A stretch of 64,000 bases of DNA from Acutalibacteraceae bacterium. GTDB taxonomy: Bacteria; Bacillota; Clostridia; Oscillospirales; Acutalibacteraceae. The DNA lies in assembly GCA_045531585.1 (NCBI GenBank), contig JAZSEH010000018.1:3031-67030 (forward strand), in the 5' to 3' direction. The notes beneath the pieces are model-generated. The model saw only the letters and a program-made list of their open reading frames with translations. It had not been told where the DNA came from and did no database searches. The position numbers were made by a program, and so were the translations under genes. This document shows, one piece after another, positions 51,365 through 60,737 of this stretch (the first letter of the stretch is position 1; each line of letters opens with the position of its first letter).

Positions 51365-53812
51365 TTACAGCACCTTATAACCTGCATCCTCTATGGTTTT
51401 AGTAATAAGTGCGTCATCTTCCTCACCCTTTAAGGTGAGCACGGCGGTGCCTGTTTTATGGCTGGTAACTGCCGATTCTACAAAGGGCAAAGCCTCCAAA
51501 AGTTGTTTAACCCTTGCCTCACAGTGAGGACACATCATACCCTGAATTTTTACTGTTTTTTCCATTTTCCTTTTCTCCTTTTTTATGGATTTAGCTTTAA
51601 AGAAATTAAGTCTTAAAGCATTGGTAACAACGCAAAAGCTTGAAAGACTCATTGCGGCGGCGGCAAGCATAGGATTCAGGGTAATGCCTGCAAAGGTAAG
51701 GGCCCCTGCCGCTATGGGAATGCCAATGCAGTTATAGAAAAATGCCCAAAAGAGATTTTGATATATATTTTTAAGTACTGCACGACTTAATGCTATTGCG
51801 GTGGGAACCCCCGAAAGGGCACTGTTCATAAGCACAACGTCGGCGGCATCAATGGCAATATCGGTGCCTGCACCTATAGCAATGCCTACATCGGCACGGG
51901 TAAGGGCCGGGGCATCGTTAATACCGTCACCCACCATAATAACCCTGCCGTTTTGCTGTTGTTCACGGACAATGCGCTCCTTATCGGATGGCAGAACGTC
52001 GGCAATAATTTCGTCCACCCCTGCCTTTTGACCTATAGCCTGAGCGGTACGGTGATTATCCCCCGTAAGCATTACAACACGAAGTCCCATATCCTTTAAG
52101 GCCTTTATGGCCTGAGGGCTTTCTTCCTTGATTGTATCTGCCACGGCAATTATTCCAAGCACCCTATTTTCACTACAGAAATAAAGAGGCGTTTTACCCT
52201 GTATACTTAAGGCTTCTGCTTCCTTTTTCAATTCCTCGGGCACCGTGGTTTTTGAGGAAATAAAGTTATAATTTCCGCCGTAAATTTCCTTATTTAAAAG
52301 ACGTGCAGTAAGCCCGTTACCCGGGAGTACGGAAAACCCTGATACTTCACTTTTAGAAAGCCCATTCCCACTACAATATTCCACTACGGCCTTTGCAAGT
52401 GGATGTTCACTTAAAGTCTCAAGTGAATAGGCGGTATTTAAAAGCTCATCCTTTTCAGTGCCATGGGCAGGAATAATATCGGTAACAGCAGGGGTACCCT
52501 TAGTTACGGTTCCTGTTTTATCAAGCAAAACGGTTTTTACCTTGCCTGTAAGTTCAAGGGAGGTGGCTGTTTTAAAAAGTATTCCCTTTTTGGCACCCAC
52601 ACCGCTACCCACCATAATGGCAACGGGTGTGGCAAGGCCAAGTGCACAGGGACAGCTTATAACCAAAACAGCAATACCGCGGGCAATACTGTAGCCAACG
52701 CTTTGGCCTGAAATCAGCCAAATTATAAAGGTGATAACGGCTATTGTAATTACAACAGGAACAAACACGCCTGATACCTTATCTGCCGCCTTAGCTATTG
52801 GAGCCTTTGTGGCGGCGGCATCACTTACCATTTTTATTATACCCGAAAGGGCGGTATCCTCCCCTACCTTCAAGGCCTTACAGGTTAAAAAGCCTGAACG
52901 GTTAACGGTGGCGGCAAAAACGTTATCATTTTGTGCTTTATCCACAGGAACACTCTCGCCTGTAAGAGCAGACTCATCCACGGCGCCTGAGCCCGAAAGA
53001 ACAATGCCATCTACAGGAATAGCCTCTCCGGGACGGACAACAAATATATCCCCTGTTTTTACTTTTTCTATAGGTACTTTTCTTTCGGCACCGTCAATAA
53101 TAATGGTTGCGGTTTTGGGAGCAAGGTCCATAAGACCCTTTAAGGCATCGGTGGTTTTGCCCTTGGCACGGGCCTCCAGCATTTTACCCACCGTTATAAG
53201 GGTGAGTATCATAGCGGCGGATTCAAAATACATTTCGTGCATTAAATGGGCCTGCTGTGCCGCATCTGCCACGGTCATTTGATAAAGGGCGTAGGTGCTG
53301 TAAACAAAGGCAGCGGCAGAGCCTAATGCCACTAGGGTATCCATATTGGGACTTCTTCGCACAAGGCCCCTAAAGCCGTTTATGAAAAAGTGACCGTTTA
53401 TAACCATAACCGCGGCGCTAGGTAGTAATTGCGTAAGGGACAGTGCTATATAATTGCCCTTTAAAAATTCGGGCACGGGCCAGCCCCACATACTGTGGCC
53501 CATTGAAACATACATTAAAATTAAAAGCAAAATTATTGAGGCTATAAGCTTACCGCCCATAACTTTTGCTTTGTTTTTTATTTCCTTTTCCTTGTTCTGA
53601 GCCTGAGTTTTTGAGCCTGAAAGGGATGCGCCGTAGCCTGCGGAAGCAACTGCAGATATAATATCCTCATTTGTGGCTGTACCCTCAACGTTCATTGAAT
53701 TGGTAAGCAGGTTCACCTGACATTGTGTAACGCCGTTAACTTCAGACACGGCCTTTTCCACCCTTGCGCTACAAGCGGCACAGCTCATACCCGTAATTTC
53801 AAATTTAGTCAT
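51365..53812 (-). CDS. copA: Copper-translocating P1B-type ATPase with N-terminal and C-terminal HMA domains
   Basis: N-terminal [13 protein letters not shown]. The core has CPC ([11 protein letters not shown]), DKTGT, MLTGDN and GDGINDAP. The C-terminal 66 aa form a second HMA domain, [19 protein letters not shown]. Confidence 0.92.
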   Translation of the reverse strand: MTKFEITGMSCAACSARVEKAVSEVNGVTQCQVNLLTNSMNVEGTATNEDIISAVASAGYGASLSGSKTQAQNKEKEIKNKAKVMGGKLIASIILLLILMYVSMGHSMWGWPVPEFLKGNYIALSLTQLLPSAAVMVINGHFFINGFRGLVRRSPNMDTLVALGSAAAFVYSTYALYQMTVADAAQQAHLMHEMYFESAAMILTLITVGKMLEARAKGKTTDALKGLMDLAPKTATIIIDGAERKVPIEKVKTGDIFVVRPGEAIPVDGIVLSGSGAVDESALTGESVPVDKAQNDNVFAATVNRSGFLTCKALKVGEDTALSGIIKMVSDAAATKAPIAKAADKVSGVFVPVVITIAVITFIIWLISGQSVGYSIARGIAVLVISCPCALGLATPVAIMVGSGVGAKKGILFKTATSLELTGKVKTVLLDKTGTVTKGTPAVTDIIPAHGTEKDELLNTAYSLETLSEHPLAKAVVEYCSGNGLSKSEVSGFSVLPGNGLTARLLNKEIYGGNYNFISSKTTVPEELKKEAEALSIQGKTPLYFCSENRVLGIIAVADTIKEESPQAIKALKDMGLRVVMLTGDNHRTAQAIGQKAGVDEIIADVLPSDKERIVREQQQNGRVIMVGDGINDAPALTRADVGIAIGAGTDIAIDAADVVLMNSALSGVPTAIALSRAVLKNIYQNLFWAFFYNCIGIPIAAGALTFAGITLNPMLAAAAMSLSSFCVVTNALRLNFFKAKSIKKEKRKMEKTVKIQGMMCPHCEARVKQLLEALPFVESAVTSHKTGTAVLTLKGEEDDALITKTIEDAGYKVL

Positions 53813-53878
53813 TAAATATACTCCTTAAAACAACTATAATTATATTTTAGCACCTAAAAATTATAATATCAAGACGCA

Positions 53879-53915
53879 AAAAAGCTTTTCGGACAAAAAA
53901 TCCGAAAAGCTTTTT
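53879..53915 (-). terminator. Terminator after the Gfo/Idh/MocA gene
   Basis: 15-bp stem aaaaagcttttcgga / tccgaaaagcttttt with a 7-nt loop. Confidence 0.75.
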
Positions 53916-53929
53916 ACTTTAATCAGAAA

Positions 53930-55054
53930 TTAAAACTCAGGAATCTCTATTTCAATTTCGTGGCCAAGTTGGCTTGAACGGTTAATACCGTCAAGAATAG
54001 CCTGATTGTAAATTATCTCGCTTGTGGGAACGGGTGCCTTGCCACCTGTAAGTATTGCATCAAGGAAAGAGCGAATCTTCTTGTGCCAAAGATCAGGCTC
54101 ATCAGGACCTGCTTTAATAAGAGGAATCTCGGTGCAAACGGGCTTGCCTGCAATATCGTGATAAACATGGAGAGGACGATAGAAGGTACCGTTCCAGCAA
54201 TCGGTAGAAGGAACGCGGAGGGAGCCCTTTGTTCCCATTATAATAGTATCACCGGGGGTGTCAAGATGCATATACCAAGCAATACGGAAGTCGATGATTA
54301 TGCCGCCCTCAAGACGAATATAAGCGGAAGCAAAATCGTCAACGCCAAAAAGCTTTGCGGCGCGCTCGGCAATTTCGGGAGTGTGATTAGCGTAAGCCTC
54401 AACAGTTTTACCGAAGTGACCTGTTGAAGTACCTGTAACGGTGAGAGGCTTGGGATAACCGATAGCATTAAGAACAAGGTCAAGAGAATAACAGCCGATA
54501 TCACCTAAAGCGCCAAGACCTGCCTTATCCTCCTCAATAAAGGTTGTAGACCAGCCTACGGGAATACCGTGACGGCGGCCGCCGCCCGTCTGTATATAGT
54601 AGATATCGCCCAGCTCACCTGACTGAACTATCTTCTTTATCATCTGCATATTAAGGTCAAAACGGGGTTGGAAGCCAACGGAAACTATCTTGCCGCTCTT
54701 CTTTTCTGCCTTACAAATTTCAATAGCCTCATCCAGAGTAACGGTCATAGGCTTTTCAAGCAGAACGTGAAGGCCCTTCTCAAGAGCATAAATAGTACAC
54801 TCAGCATGAGTGCAGTTGTAGGTACATACGCTTACAGCGTCAAGCTCAACGGTGTCAAGCATTTCCTTGTAATCAACAAAGTCAAGAGCATCTTTTAACT
54901 CATACTTATCAAAAAATTCTCTTGCCTTGCCGGGAACAAGGTCTGCGCCTGCCACTATCTCAACATCGGGCTGCTTTAAGTATGTTTTTACGTGTGAATT
55001 TGCGATGCCGCCCGTACCGATAATACCGATACGCAGTTTCTTTTCGTTTGCCAT
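53930..55054 (-). CDS. Gfo/Idh/MocA family oxidoreductase
   Basis: LRIGIIGTGGIANSH Rossmann N-terminus, the EKP motif (LLEKPMT) and a C-terminal GFO_IDH_MocA_C fold. Confidence 0.88.
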   Translation of the reverse strand: MANEKKLRIGIIGTGGIANSHVKTYLKQPDVEIVAGADLVPGKAREFFDKYELKDALDFVDYKEMLDTVELDAVSVCTYNCTHAECTIYALEKGLHVLLEKPMTVTLDEAIEICKAEKKSGKIVSVGFQPRFDLNMQMIKKIVQSGELGDIYYIQTGGGRRHGIPVGWSTTFIEEDKAGLGALGDIGCYSLDLVLNAIGYPKPLTVTGTSTGHFGKTVEAYANHTPEIAERAAKLFGVDDFASAYIRLEGGIIIDFRIAWYMHLDTPGDTIIMGTKGSLRVPSTDCWNGTFYRPLHVYHDIAGKPVCTEIPLIKAGPDEPDLWHKKIRSFLDAILTGGKAPVPTSEIIYNQAILDGINRSSQLGHEIEIEIPEF

Positions 55055-55083
55055 AATTTTCTCCCCCTGTTTTAAGGAAAATT

Positions 55084-55119
55084 TTTACCTTTTTAGGTAC
55101 ATTCTTATTTTAAGGTACA
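55084..55119 (-). promoter_or_regulatory. Operator-like repeats overlapping the promoter core
   Basis: TGTACCT occurs twice on the minus strand, 18 nt apart (55119-55113 and 55101-55095). The downstream copy is the left arm of the imperfect palindrome TGTACCTaaaaAGGTAaA (55101-55084). Confidence 0.3.
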
Positions 55120-55136
55120 AGATGGGTATTTGTCAA
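55107..55136 (-). promoter_or_regulatory. Candidate sigma-A promoter of the Gfo/Idh/MocA gene
   Basis: On the minus strand: TTGACA (55136-55131), 18 nt spacer, TAAAAT (55112-55107). Confidence 0.5.
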
Positions 55137-55184
55137 CACAAAAAACAGGTAAAAAATTATTAAAAAATTTATACTTTTAAAATA

Positions 55185-55233
55185 AAGTGACTTCCCAAAT
55201 GCGTACTTTCTGCACAAATTTGGGAAGTCACTT
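55185..55233 (-). terminator. Long perfect hairpin, probable terminator of the lipoprotein gene
   Basis: 16-bp perfect stem aagtgacttcccaaat / atttgggaagtcactt with a 17-nt loop, followed on the minus strand by tattttaaaag. A smaller hairpin (ccacgcga cta tcgcgtgg, 55301-55319) precedes it. Confidence 0.5.
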
Positions 55234-55339
55234 AGCGGATAACTTTCCTTTTTTCGGACATAGCCCTGCCAAAAAAATTTATCAGTTAACCTTTATTGAA
55301 CCACGCGACTATCGCGTGGGTTTCGTCATGCAAAAAGCC

Positions 55340-56017
55340 TTAAGAAACGGCGTAAAATTTGGCAAGAAGTGCATCAACATCTGCTTCAGAAACACTGGAA
55401 ACAGTAATATTGGCCATGTAATTCCCCCTCTTAATGCAAACAAGTTTTTGATATACTTTTATATCATCAACACTCATAATTCCTTTTATTCCCTTTTCCG
55501 TTTTTCCTGCAAAATTCACGGATATTTTTTCACAACTCTCTAACGTAAAGCCAATTTGTGCCATAGCATCTTCAAGTTGACTGAGAACTGAGTCAATATA
55601 ATTTTCAACATCATAAACGATGGATGCTACAGTCGAAAGTTTCTCCAAATTCACATTAATAGTACCGCCCATATTGTCAGTAGCAGCCATATCATAAATT
55701 ATTGTAGCATTCTTAATCTGCTCGGAAATATCCTCGTCAAAAGAATCAGTTACGATATTGTTCAATTCATAAATCTGATCCTGCGTATAGAAGGTCCAGC
55801 CCTCATCAAGCCGGCAGCCAATTCCTAAAAATTCATTTTTATAGTTGTTGCCGCTTGTATTGCCTAAAGATAATTCCCTTTCGGCACCTGATGAAACCTC
55901 ACTTACCGCAGATACGCCCGCGGAATCTATTTCACCACGAACATCCACTTCCGAGCCACAGCCGGCAAAAACAAAAATAACCACCGCACAAAGTAAAAAT
56001 GCCAATATTTTTTTCAT
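55340..56017 (-). CDS. Lipoprotein of unknown function
   Basis: Start at ATG 56017 gives MKKILAFLLCAVVIFVFAGCGSE, with a lipobox (FAGC). GGGGAGG RBS. Confidence 0.75.
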   Translation of the reverse strand: MKKILAFLLCAVVIFVFAGCGSEVDVRGEIDSAGVSAVSEVSSGAERELSLGNTSGNNYKNEFLGIGCRLDEGWTFYTQDQIYELNNIVTDSFDEDISEQIKNATIIYDMAATDNMGGTINVNLEKLSTVASIVYDVENYIDSVLSQLEDAMAQIGFTLESCEKISVNFAGKTEKGIKGIMSVDDIKVYQKLVCIKRGNYMANITVSSVSEADVDALLAKFYAVS

Positions 56018-56047
56018 AATAATTCCTCCCCAGTAATTTACAAAAAT

Positions 56048-56076
56048 ATTATACAATATAATCTGCATAAATTCAA
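56048..56076 (-). promoter_or_regulatory. Candidate sigma-A promoter of the lipoprotein gene
   Basis: On the minus strand: TTGAAT (56076-56071), 17 nt spacer, TATAAT (56053-56048). Confidence 0.6.
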
Positions 56077-56087
56077 GGACTACAAAC

Positions 56088-56124
56088 AAAAATGCCCTGC
56101 ATAGTTCAATAGCAGAGCATTTTT
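56088..56124 (-). terminator. Terminator after rny
   Basis: Stem aaaatgccctgc / gcagagcatttt (one mismatch) followed on the minus strand by ttgtttg. Confidence 0.6.
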
Positions 56125-56130
56125 TATATT

Positions 56131-57684
56131 TTATTTTGCGTAATCGCTTACACGGTTTTCACGGATAAGGTTTACCTTTATCTGACCGGGATACTCAAGC
56201 TCATTTTCAATGCGCTGAGCAATATCGTGAGCGATAAGTACCATCTGGTCATCAGAAACCATTTCGGGCTTAACCACGATACGCACCTCTCTACCTGCCT
56301 GAATTGCAAAGGAGCGCTCAACGCCGTTAAACGAATTGGCAATTTCCTCAAGCTTTTCAAGACGCTTGATGTAGCTTTCAATGTTCTCGCGGCGGGCCCC
56401 GGGACGGGCGGCAGAGATAGCATCTGCAGCCTGAACAATGCAGGCAACAATGGTTTTAGCCTCTACCTCACCGTGGTGGGCGTGGATAGCGTGAACAATA
56501 GCATCGCTTTCCTTACACTTCTTGGCAGCCTCAACCCCAAGCTGAATGTGGGTACCCTCCTGCTCGTGGTCAAGGGCCTTACCTATATCGTGAAGGAGAC
56601 CTGCACGCTTTGCCTGAGCAACGTCAGCGCCCATTTCAGCGGCAAGCAGACCTGCAATATGGCAAACCTCCATAGAATGCTTAAGTACGTTCTGACCGTA
56701 GCTTGTACGGTAACGAAGCTTACCGAGGAGGCGAACAAGCTCAGGATGCAGGTTGTGTACGCCTGCCTCTATCATAGCGCGCTCACCCTCCTGCTTGATG
56801 GTGGCCTCAACCTCGGCAGTAGCCTTGGCAACGGTCTCCTCAATTCTTGCGGGATGTATTCTACCGTCAAGAATAAGCTTTTCAAGTGTAATTCTTGCAA
56901 TTTCCCTGCGAACGGGGTCAAAGCTTGAAAGGGTAATAGCCTCGGGAGTATCGTCAATAATAAGGTCAACACCCGTTGCAGTTTCAAGGGCGCGGATATT
57001 TCTACCCTCACGTCCGATTATTCTACCCTTCATTTCATCATTAGGCAGAGCAACAACCGAAACGGTGATTTCGGAAGAATGGTCAGCAGCACAGCGCTGA
57101 ATGGCATGGCCGATTATCTCCCTTGCAATCTTATCGGATTCATCCTTTGTTCTCTGCTCAAAATCAAGGATTTTAACGGCCTTTTCGTGGGTAAGCTCAC
57201 CATCCAGCATTTTAAGCAGATGTTCCTTAGCCTGCTCCTTAGAAAAGCCTGAGATACGCTCCAGCATTTCAAGCTGACTGCGCTTAATTTTCTCACATTC
57301 CTCAATTTTCTGGTCAATTTCCTTAGCCTTGTTTAAAAGCTTTTCCTCCTTAGCCTCAAGATTTTCTATCTTGCGGTCAAGGGTTTCCTCCTTCTGCTGG
57401 AGCCTGTGCTCCTGACGCTGTACCTCACTGCGGCGCTCTCTCAGGTCCTTATCGGTATCCTGACGCATCTGGAAGATTTCGTCCTTTGCTTCAATAAGAA
57501 GCTCTTTCTTCTTGGTTTCGGCATTTTTGATAGCATCGCTTAAAATGCGTTTTGCCTCCTCCTCAGCAGAGCCTATGGAAGCCTCCGCCGATTTGCGGCG
57601 ATAAGCACAGCCAATGGCAAAGCCGATAACGGCAAGCACTAAAGCGATGGCGCCGAAGATAATATACTTAACATAATCCGGCAT
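56131..57684 (-). CDS. rny: Ribonuclease Y
   Basis: 517 aa: N-terminal TM helix, coiled coil, KH domain ([12 protein letters not shown]) and HD domain (LLHDIGKA). Confidence 0.96.
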   Translation of the reverse strand: MPDYVKYIIFGAIALVLAVIGFAIGCAYRRKSAEASIGSAEEEAKRILSDAIKNAETKKKELLIEAKDEIFQMRQDTDKDLRERRSEVQRQEHRLQQKEETLDRKIENLEAKEEKLLNKAKEIDQKIEECEKIKRSQLEMLERISGFSKEQAKEHLLKMLDGELTHEKAVKILDFEQRTKDESDKIAREIIGHAIQRCAADHSSEITVSVVALPNDEMKGRIIGREGRNIRALETATGVDLIIDDTPEAITLSSFDPVRREIARITLEKLILDGRIHPARIEETVAKATAEVEATIKQEGERAMIEAGVHNLHPELVRLLGKLRYRTSYGQNVLKHSMEVCHIAGLLAAEMGADVAQAKRAGLLHDIGKALDHEQEGTHIQLGVEAAKKCKESDAIVHAIHAHHGEVEAKTIVACIVQAADAISAARPGARRENIESYIKRLEKLEEIANSFNGVERSFAIQAGREVRIVVKPEMVSDDQMVLIAHDIAQRIENELEYPGQIKVNLIRENRVSDYAK

Positions 57685-57852
57685 TTTGCTAAATGCACCT
57701 CCTATATAAAATACGGTTTTCAGTAGAACACTCTCGTTCTAAACGGGGAACCGTTTTGCCCCGGCAATGATTAAATTACTGTTCTTTTGCCCTTTGCCCT
57801 TATTCCCCTTAAAGGGCTTAAGACAAAACAAAATAACCCAATTTACTTTATT

Positions 57853-57881
57853 ATTCTACCACTATATCTATGCTCTGTCAA
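57853..57881 (-). promoter_or_regulatory. Candidate sigma-A promoter of rny
   Basis: On the minus strand: TTGACA (57881-57876), 17 nt spacer, TAGAAT (57858-57853). This implies a 5' leader of about 160 nt. Confidence 0.6.
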
Positions 57882-57941
57882 GATTTTATCACCCATATAA
57901 TGATTTATTTTTCAAAATTATGGAAAAAATATTTTATGTAC

Positions 57942-57970
57942 TTGCAAAATATGTATTTTTATATTATTAT
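57942..57970 (+). promoter_or_regulatory. Candidate sigma-A promoter of the aminotransferase gene
   Basis: TTGCAA (57942-57947), 17 nt spacer, TATTAT (57965-57970). AAGGAGG lies upstream of ATG 58002. Confidence 0.5.
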
Positions 57971-58001
57971 ATATTAGTTAAGTTTCCTAAGGAGGAATTT
58001 T

Positions 58002-59276
58002 ATGAGCAGTTATTTAAATATGACCAGAGAGGAGCTTCAGGGTGAATTCTACAAGGTTAAGGCCGATTTCCGCCACCTTGTTACCCTTAATCTTTCTCTT
58101 GATATGTCAAGAGGTAAGCCCGGCTTTGACCAAATGGATAACAGCAACCGTATATTTGATTTGGTTGGCAATGATTCGGGCTTTAAAAACCGTACCGGCA
58201 CCGATTGCCGCAACTACGGCGGTCTTGACGGACTTATTGAGCTTAAGGAGCTTTTTGCGCAAATACTTGAGCTTAGCCCCGAACAGATAATTGTTGGAGG
58301 CAACTCCTCCCTTAATATGATGTTTGATACCATATCTCAGGCAATGACCCACGGCTTTGGCTGTGAGCCCTGGATAAAACAGGGTGAGGTAAAGTTTATT
58401 TGTCCCGTTCCCGGCTATGACCGTCACTTTGCCATTACAGAGTATTTCGGCATTAAGATGATACCCGTTGCCTGCAATGAGAACGGCCCCGATATGGACG
58501 CCGTGGAGGAGCTTGTAAAGGACGAAAAGGTTAAGGGTATGTGGTGTGTTCCCAAATACTCAAATCCCCTTGGCATAACCTACTCGGATGAGGTAGTTCG
58601 CCGTATTGCAAATTTAAAGCCTGCAGCAAGGGATTTCCGTGTTATGTGGGATGATGCCTATGCAATACACGATCTGTATCCCGAAGGCGACAAGCTTTTA
58701 AATCTTTATAATGAGTGTGTAAAGGCAGGCAACCCCAATCTGCCCATTATATTCACCTCCACCTCTAAAATAACCTTCCCGGGTGCAGGCGTTGCCGCTC
58801 AGGCCGCAAGCCCTGAAAACGTTGCAATTCTTAAAAAGCGTATGAGCTTCCAGACCATAGGCCCCGATAAGCTGAATCAGCTCCGCCACGCCAGAGCCTT
58901 TGAGGATATTGAGGCACTTAAAAAGCATATGGCTGAGCACGCCGAGATTTTAAGGCCTAAGTTTGAAACGGTGCTTAGTGAGCTTGAGGCTCAGCTTTCA
59001 GGCAAGGACATTGCACACTGGACCAATCCTAAGGGCGGTTACTTTATCTGCCTTAACGTTATGGAGGGCTGTGCAAGGCGGGTTGTAGACCTGTGCGCAC
59101 AGGTAGGAATGATACTTACCCCCGCAGGCGCCCCCTTCCCCTACGGCAAGGATGAAAAGGACACGGTAATACGCATTGCCCCCTCTTATCCTTCTGTTTC
59201 GGAGATAAAATCTGCATCAAACGTTCTGTGTGTGGCAGTAAAATATGCCTGTCTTGAAAAACTGCTAAAAGATTAG
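58002..59276 (+). CDS. PLP-dependent aminotransferase (fold type I; aspartate aminotransferase-like family of about 420 aa)
   Basis: Fold-type I pattern with GNSSLNMM, YSNPLG and the candidate PLP lysine in TSTSKITFPGAG. Confidence 0.78.
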   Translation: MSSYLNMTREELQGEFYKVKADFRHLVTLNLSLDMSRGKPGFDQMDNSNRIFDLVGNDSGFKNRTGTDCRNYGGLDGLIELKELFAQILELSPEQIIVGGNSSLNMMFDTISQAMTHGFGCEPWIKQGEVKFICPVPGYDRHFAITEYFGIKMIPVACNENGPDMDAVEELVKDEKVKGMWCVPKYSNPLGITYSDEVVRRIANLKPAARDFRVMWDDAYAIHDLYPEGDKLLNLYNECVKAGNPNLPIIFTSTSKITFPGAGVAAQAASPENVAILKKRMSFQTIGPDKLNQLRHARAFEDIEALKKHMAEHAEILRPKFETVLSELEAQLSGKDIAHWTNPKGGYFICLNVMEGCARRVVDLCAQVGMILTPAGAPFPYGKDEKDTVIRIAPSYPSVSEIKSASNVLCVAVKYACLEKLLKD

Positions 59277-59305
59277 TTGACTTTAGGTATAAAAAATAGT
59301 ATAAT
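59277..59305 (+). promoter_or_regulatory. Consensus sigma-A promoter of secDF
   Basis: TTGACT (59277-59282), 17 nt spacer, TATAAT (59300-59305). Confidence 0.65.
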
Positions 59306-59342
59306 GTAATTTGGAATTTTATAAGTTTTGGAGGATGTAACA

Positions 59343-60737
59343 ATGAAATCCAAGCGCGTACGCAAGCCGGTATTTTTTATTGTGCTTGTGCTCATTCTTG
59401 CATTGGCCTACACCGCCTTTTTCGGTGTGGACAATTATTACGGGGACACCCGTAACCTTTACATAAAGGGTGCGGAGGATATCCGTTGGGGTATTGATAT
59501 CCGTGGCGGTGTTGAGGCGGTTTTCTCCCCCGATAAAACCGATGCTGACATAACCGATGACGATATGGCGGCCGCCAAGGAAATAATTGAGACCCGTCTT
59601 GTAAACAACAACATTACCGACAGTGAGGTTTACACCGATTCACAGAATCATCAGATAATAGTTCGTTTCCCCTGGGCTGCTGATGAAAGTGATTTTGATG
59701 CCGCCGCTGCAGTACAGGAGCTGGGTGAAACCGCTCTGCTTACCTTCTGTGAGGGACAGACTCAAGACAAGGTAATCCTTAAGGGTGCCGACGATATTGA
59801 GAAGGCAGAAGCAGGATATATACACAACGAAAAAGAAAATTCCTATGAATATGTAGTAAACCTTTCCTTTACCACTCAGGGTAAGGCAAAGTTTGCCGAA
59901 GCCACCGCAAGACTTGTTGGAAGCACCATTTCCATTTGGATGGACGACACCATGATATCCGCTCCCAACGTTAAGGAGGCTATTAACTCCGACAGTGCCA
60001 CCATTGACGGTATGGCTGATGCCGAGGAGGCTAACGACCTTGCAAACAAGATAAATGCAGGCTCCCTTCCCTTTGCACTTACCGTTGACGATTCCAAGCT
60101 TCAGGTTATTTCACCTACCCTTGGCTCCAACGCGCTTAACGTTATGGTTATTGCAGGCTCCATTGCTTTTATACTTATTTGCATACTTATGATAGTTCTG
60201 TTCAAGCTTCCCGGTCTGGTTGCATCCTTTGCTCTGCTGGGTCAGCTTGCAGGCTCCATTGCCTGTATGTCAGGCTTCTTCCCCGGAGTGGACAGCTTTA
60301 CCCTTACCGTTCCCGGTATTGCAGGTATTATCCTTTCCATTGGTGTGGGTGTTGACGCTAACGTTATTGCCGCTGAGCGTATTAAGGATGAGTTTAAGAA
60401 CGGCCGCACAATTGACGGCGCCATAAACGCAGGCTTTAGCAACAGCTGGAGCGCAATACTTGACGGTAATATTACCATTGTTCTTGTATCCATTGTACTT
60501 ATGGGTGCCTTCGGTACACCTGACAGCCTGTTTGCCAAAATCTTCTCCCCCATAATGAGATGGTTCGGCTCCTCCATAACCGGCGCTATTTACTCCTTCG
60601 GTTACACACTGCTTGTTGGTGTTATATTCAACCTTATAATGGGCGTTCTTGCTTCAAAGCTTATGCTTAAGAGCGTATCTCAGTTCAAGTTCTTACGCAA
60701 GCCCTGGCTTTACGGAGGTGCTAAAGATGTTAAATAA
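59343..60737 (+). CDS. secD: Protein translocase subunit SecD
   Basis: N-terminal TM helix, a periplasmic P1-like domain, and a C-terminal 5-TM bundle with GVDANVIAAERIKDE. ATG 59343 has GGAGGA 7 nt upstream; the ORF-track TTG at 59328 is rejected. Confidence 0.92.
   Translation: MKSKRVRKPVFFIVLVLILALAYTAFFGVDNYYGDTRNLYIKGAEDIRWGIDIRGGVEAVFSPDKTDADITDDDMAAAKEIIETRLVNNNITDSEVYTDSQNHQIIVRFPWAADESDFDAAAAVQELGETALLTFCEGQTQDKVILKGADDIEKAEAGYIHNEKENSYEYVVNLSFTTQGKAKFAEATARLVGSTISIWMDDTMISAPNVKEAINSDSATIDGMADAEEANDLANKINAGSLPFALTVDDSKLQVISPTLGSNALNVMVIAGSIAFILICILMIVLFKLPGLVASFALLGQLAGSIACMSGFFPGVDSFTLTVPGIAGIILSIGVGVDANVIAAERIKDEFKNGRTIDGAINAGFSNSWSAILDGNITIVLVSIVLMGAFGTPDSLFAKIFSPIMRWFGSSITGAIYSFGYTLLVGVIFNLIMGVLASKLMLKSVSQFKFLRKPWLYGGAKDVK

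Noticed and set aside
55187-55543. A 118-aa plus-strand ORF lies downstream of the lipoprotein gene.
   Set aside because: It starts inside the long terminator hairpin, runs antisense into the lipoprotein gene, and has no RBS or recognisable motif.
57685-58001. The gene orientation switches from minus to plus at ~57.8 kb, which could mark a replication origin.
   Set aside because: There is no dnaA/dnaN, and only one poor DnaA-box-like string (TTATCACCC). The region is fully explained by two divergent promoters and the rny leader.
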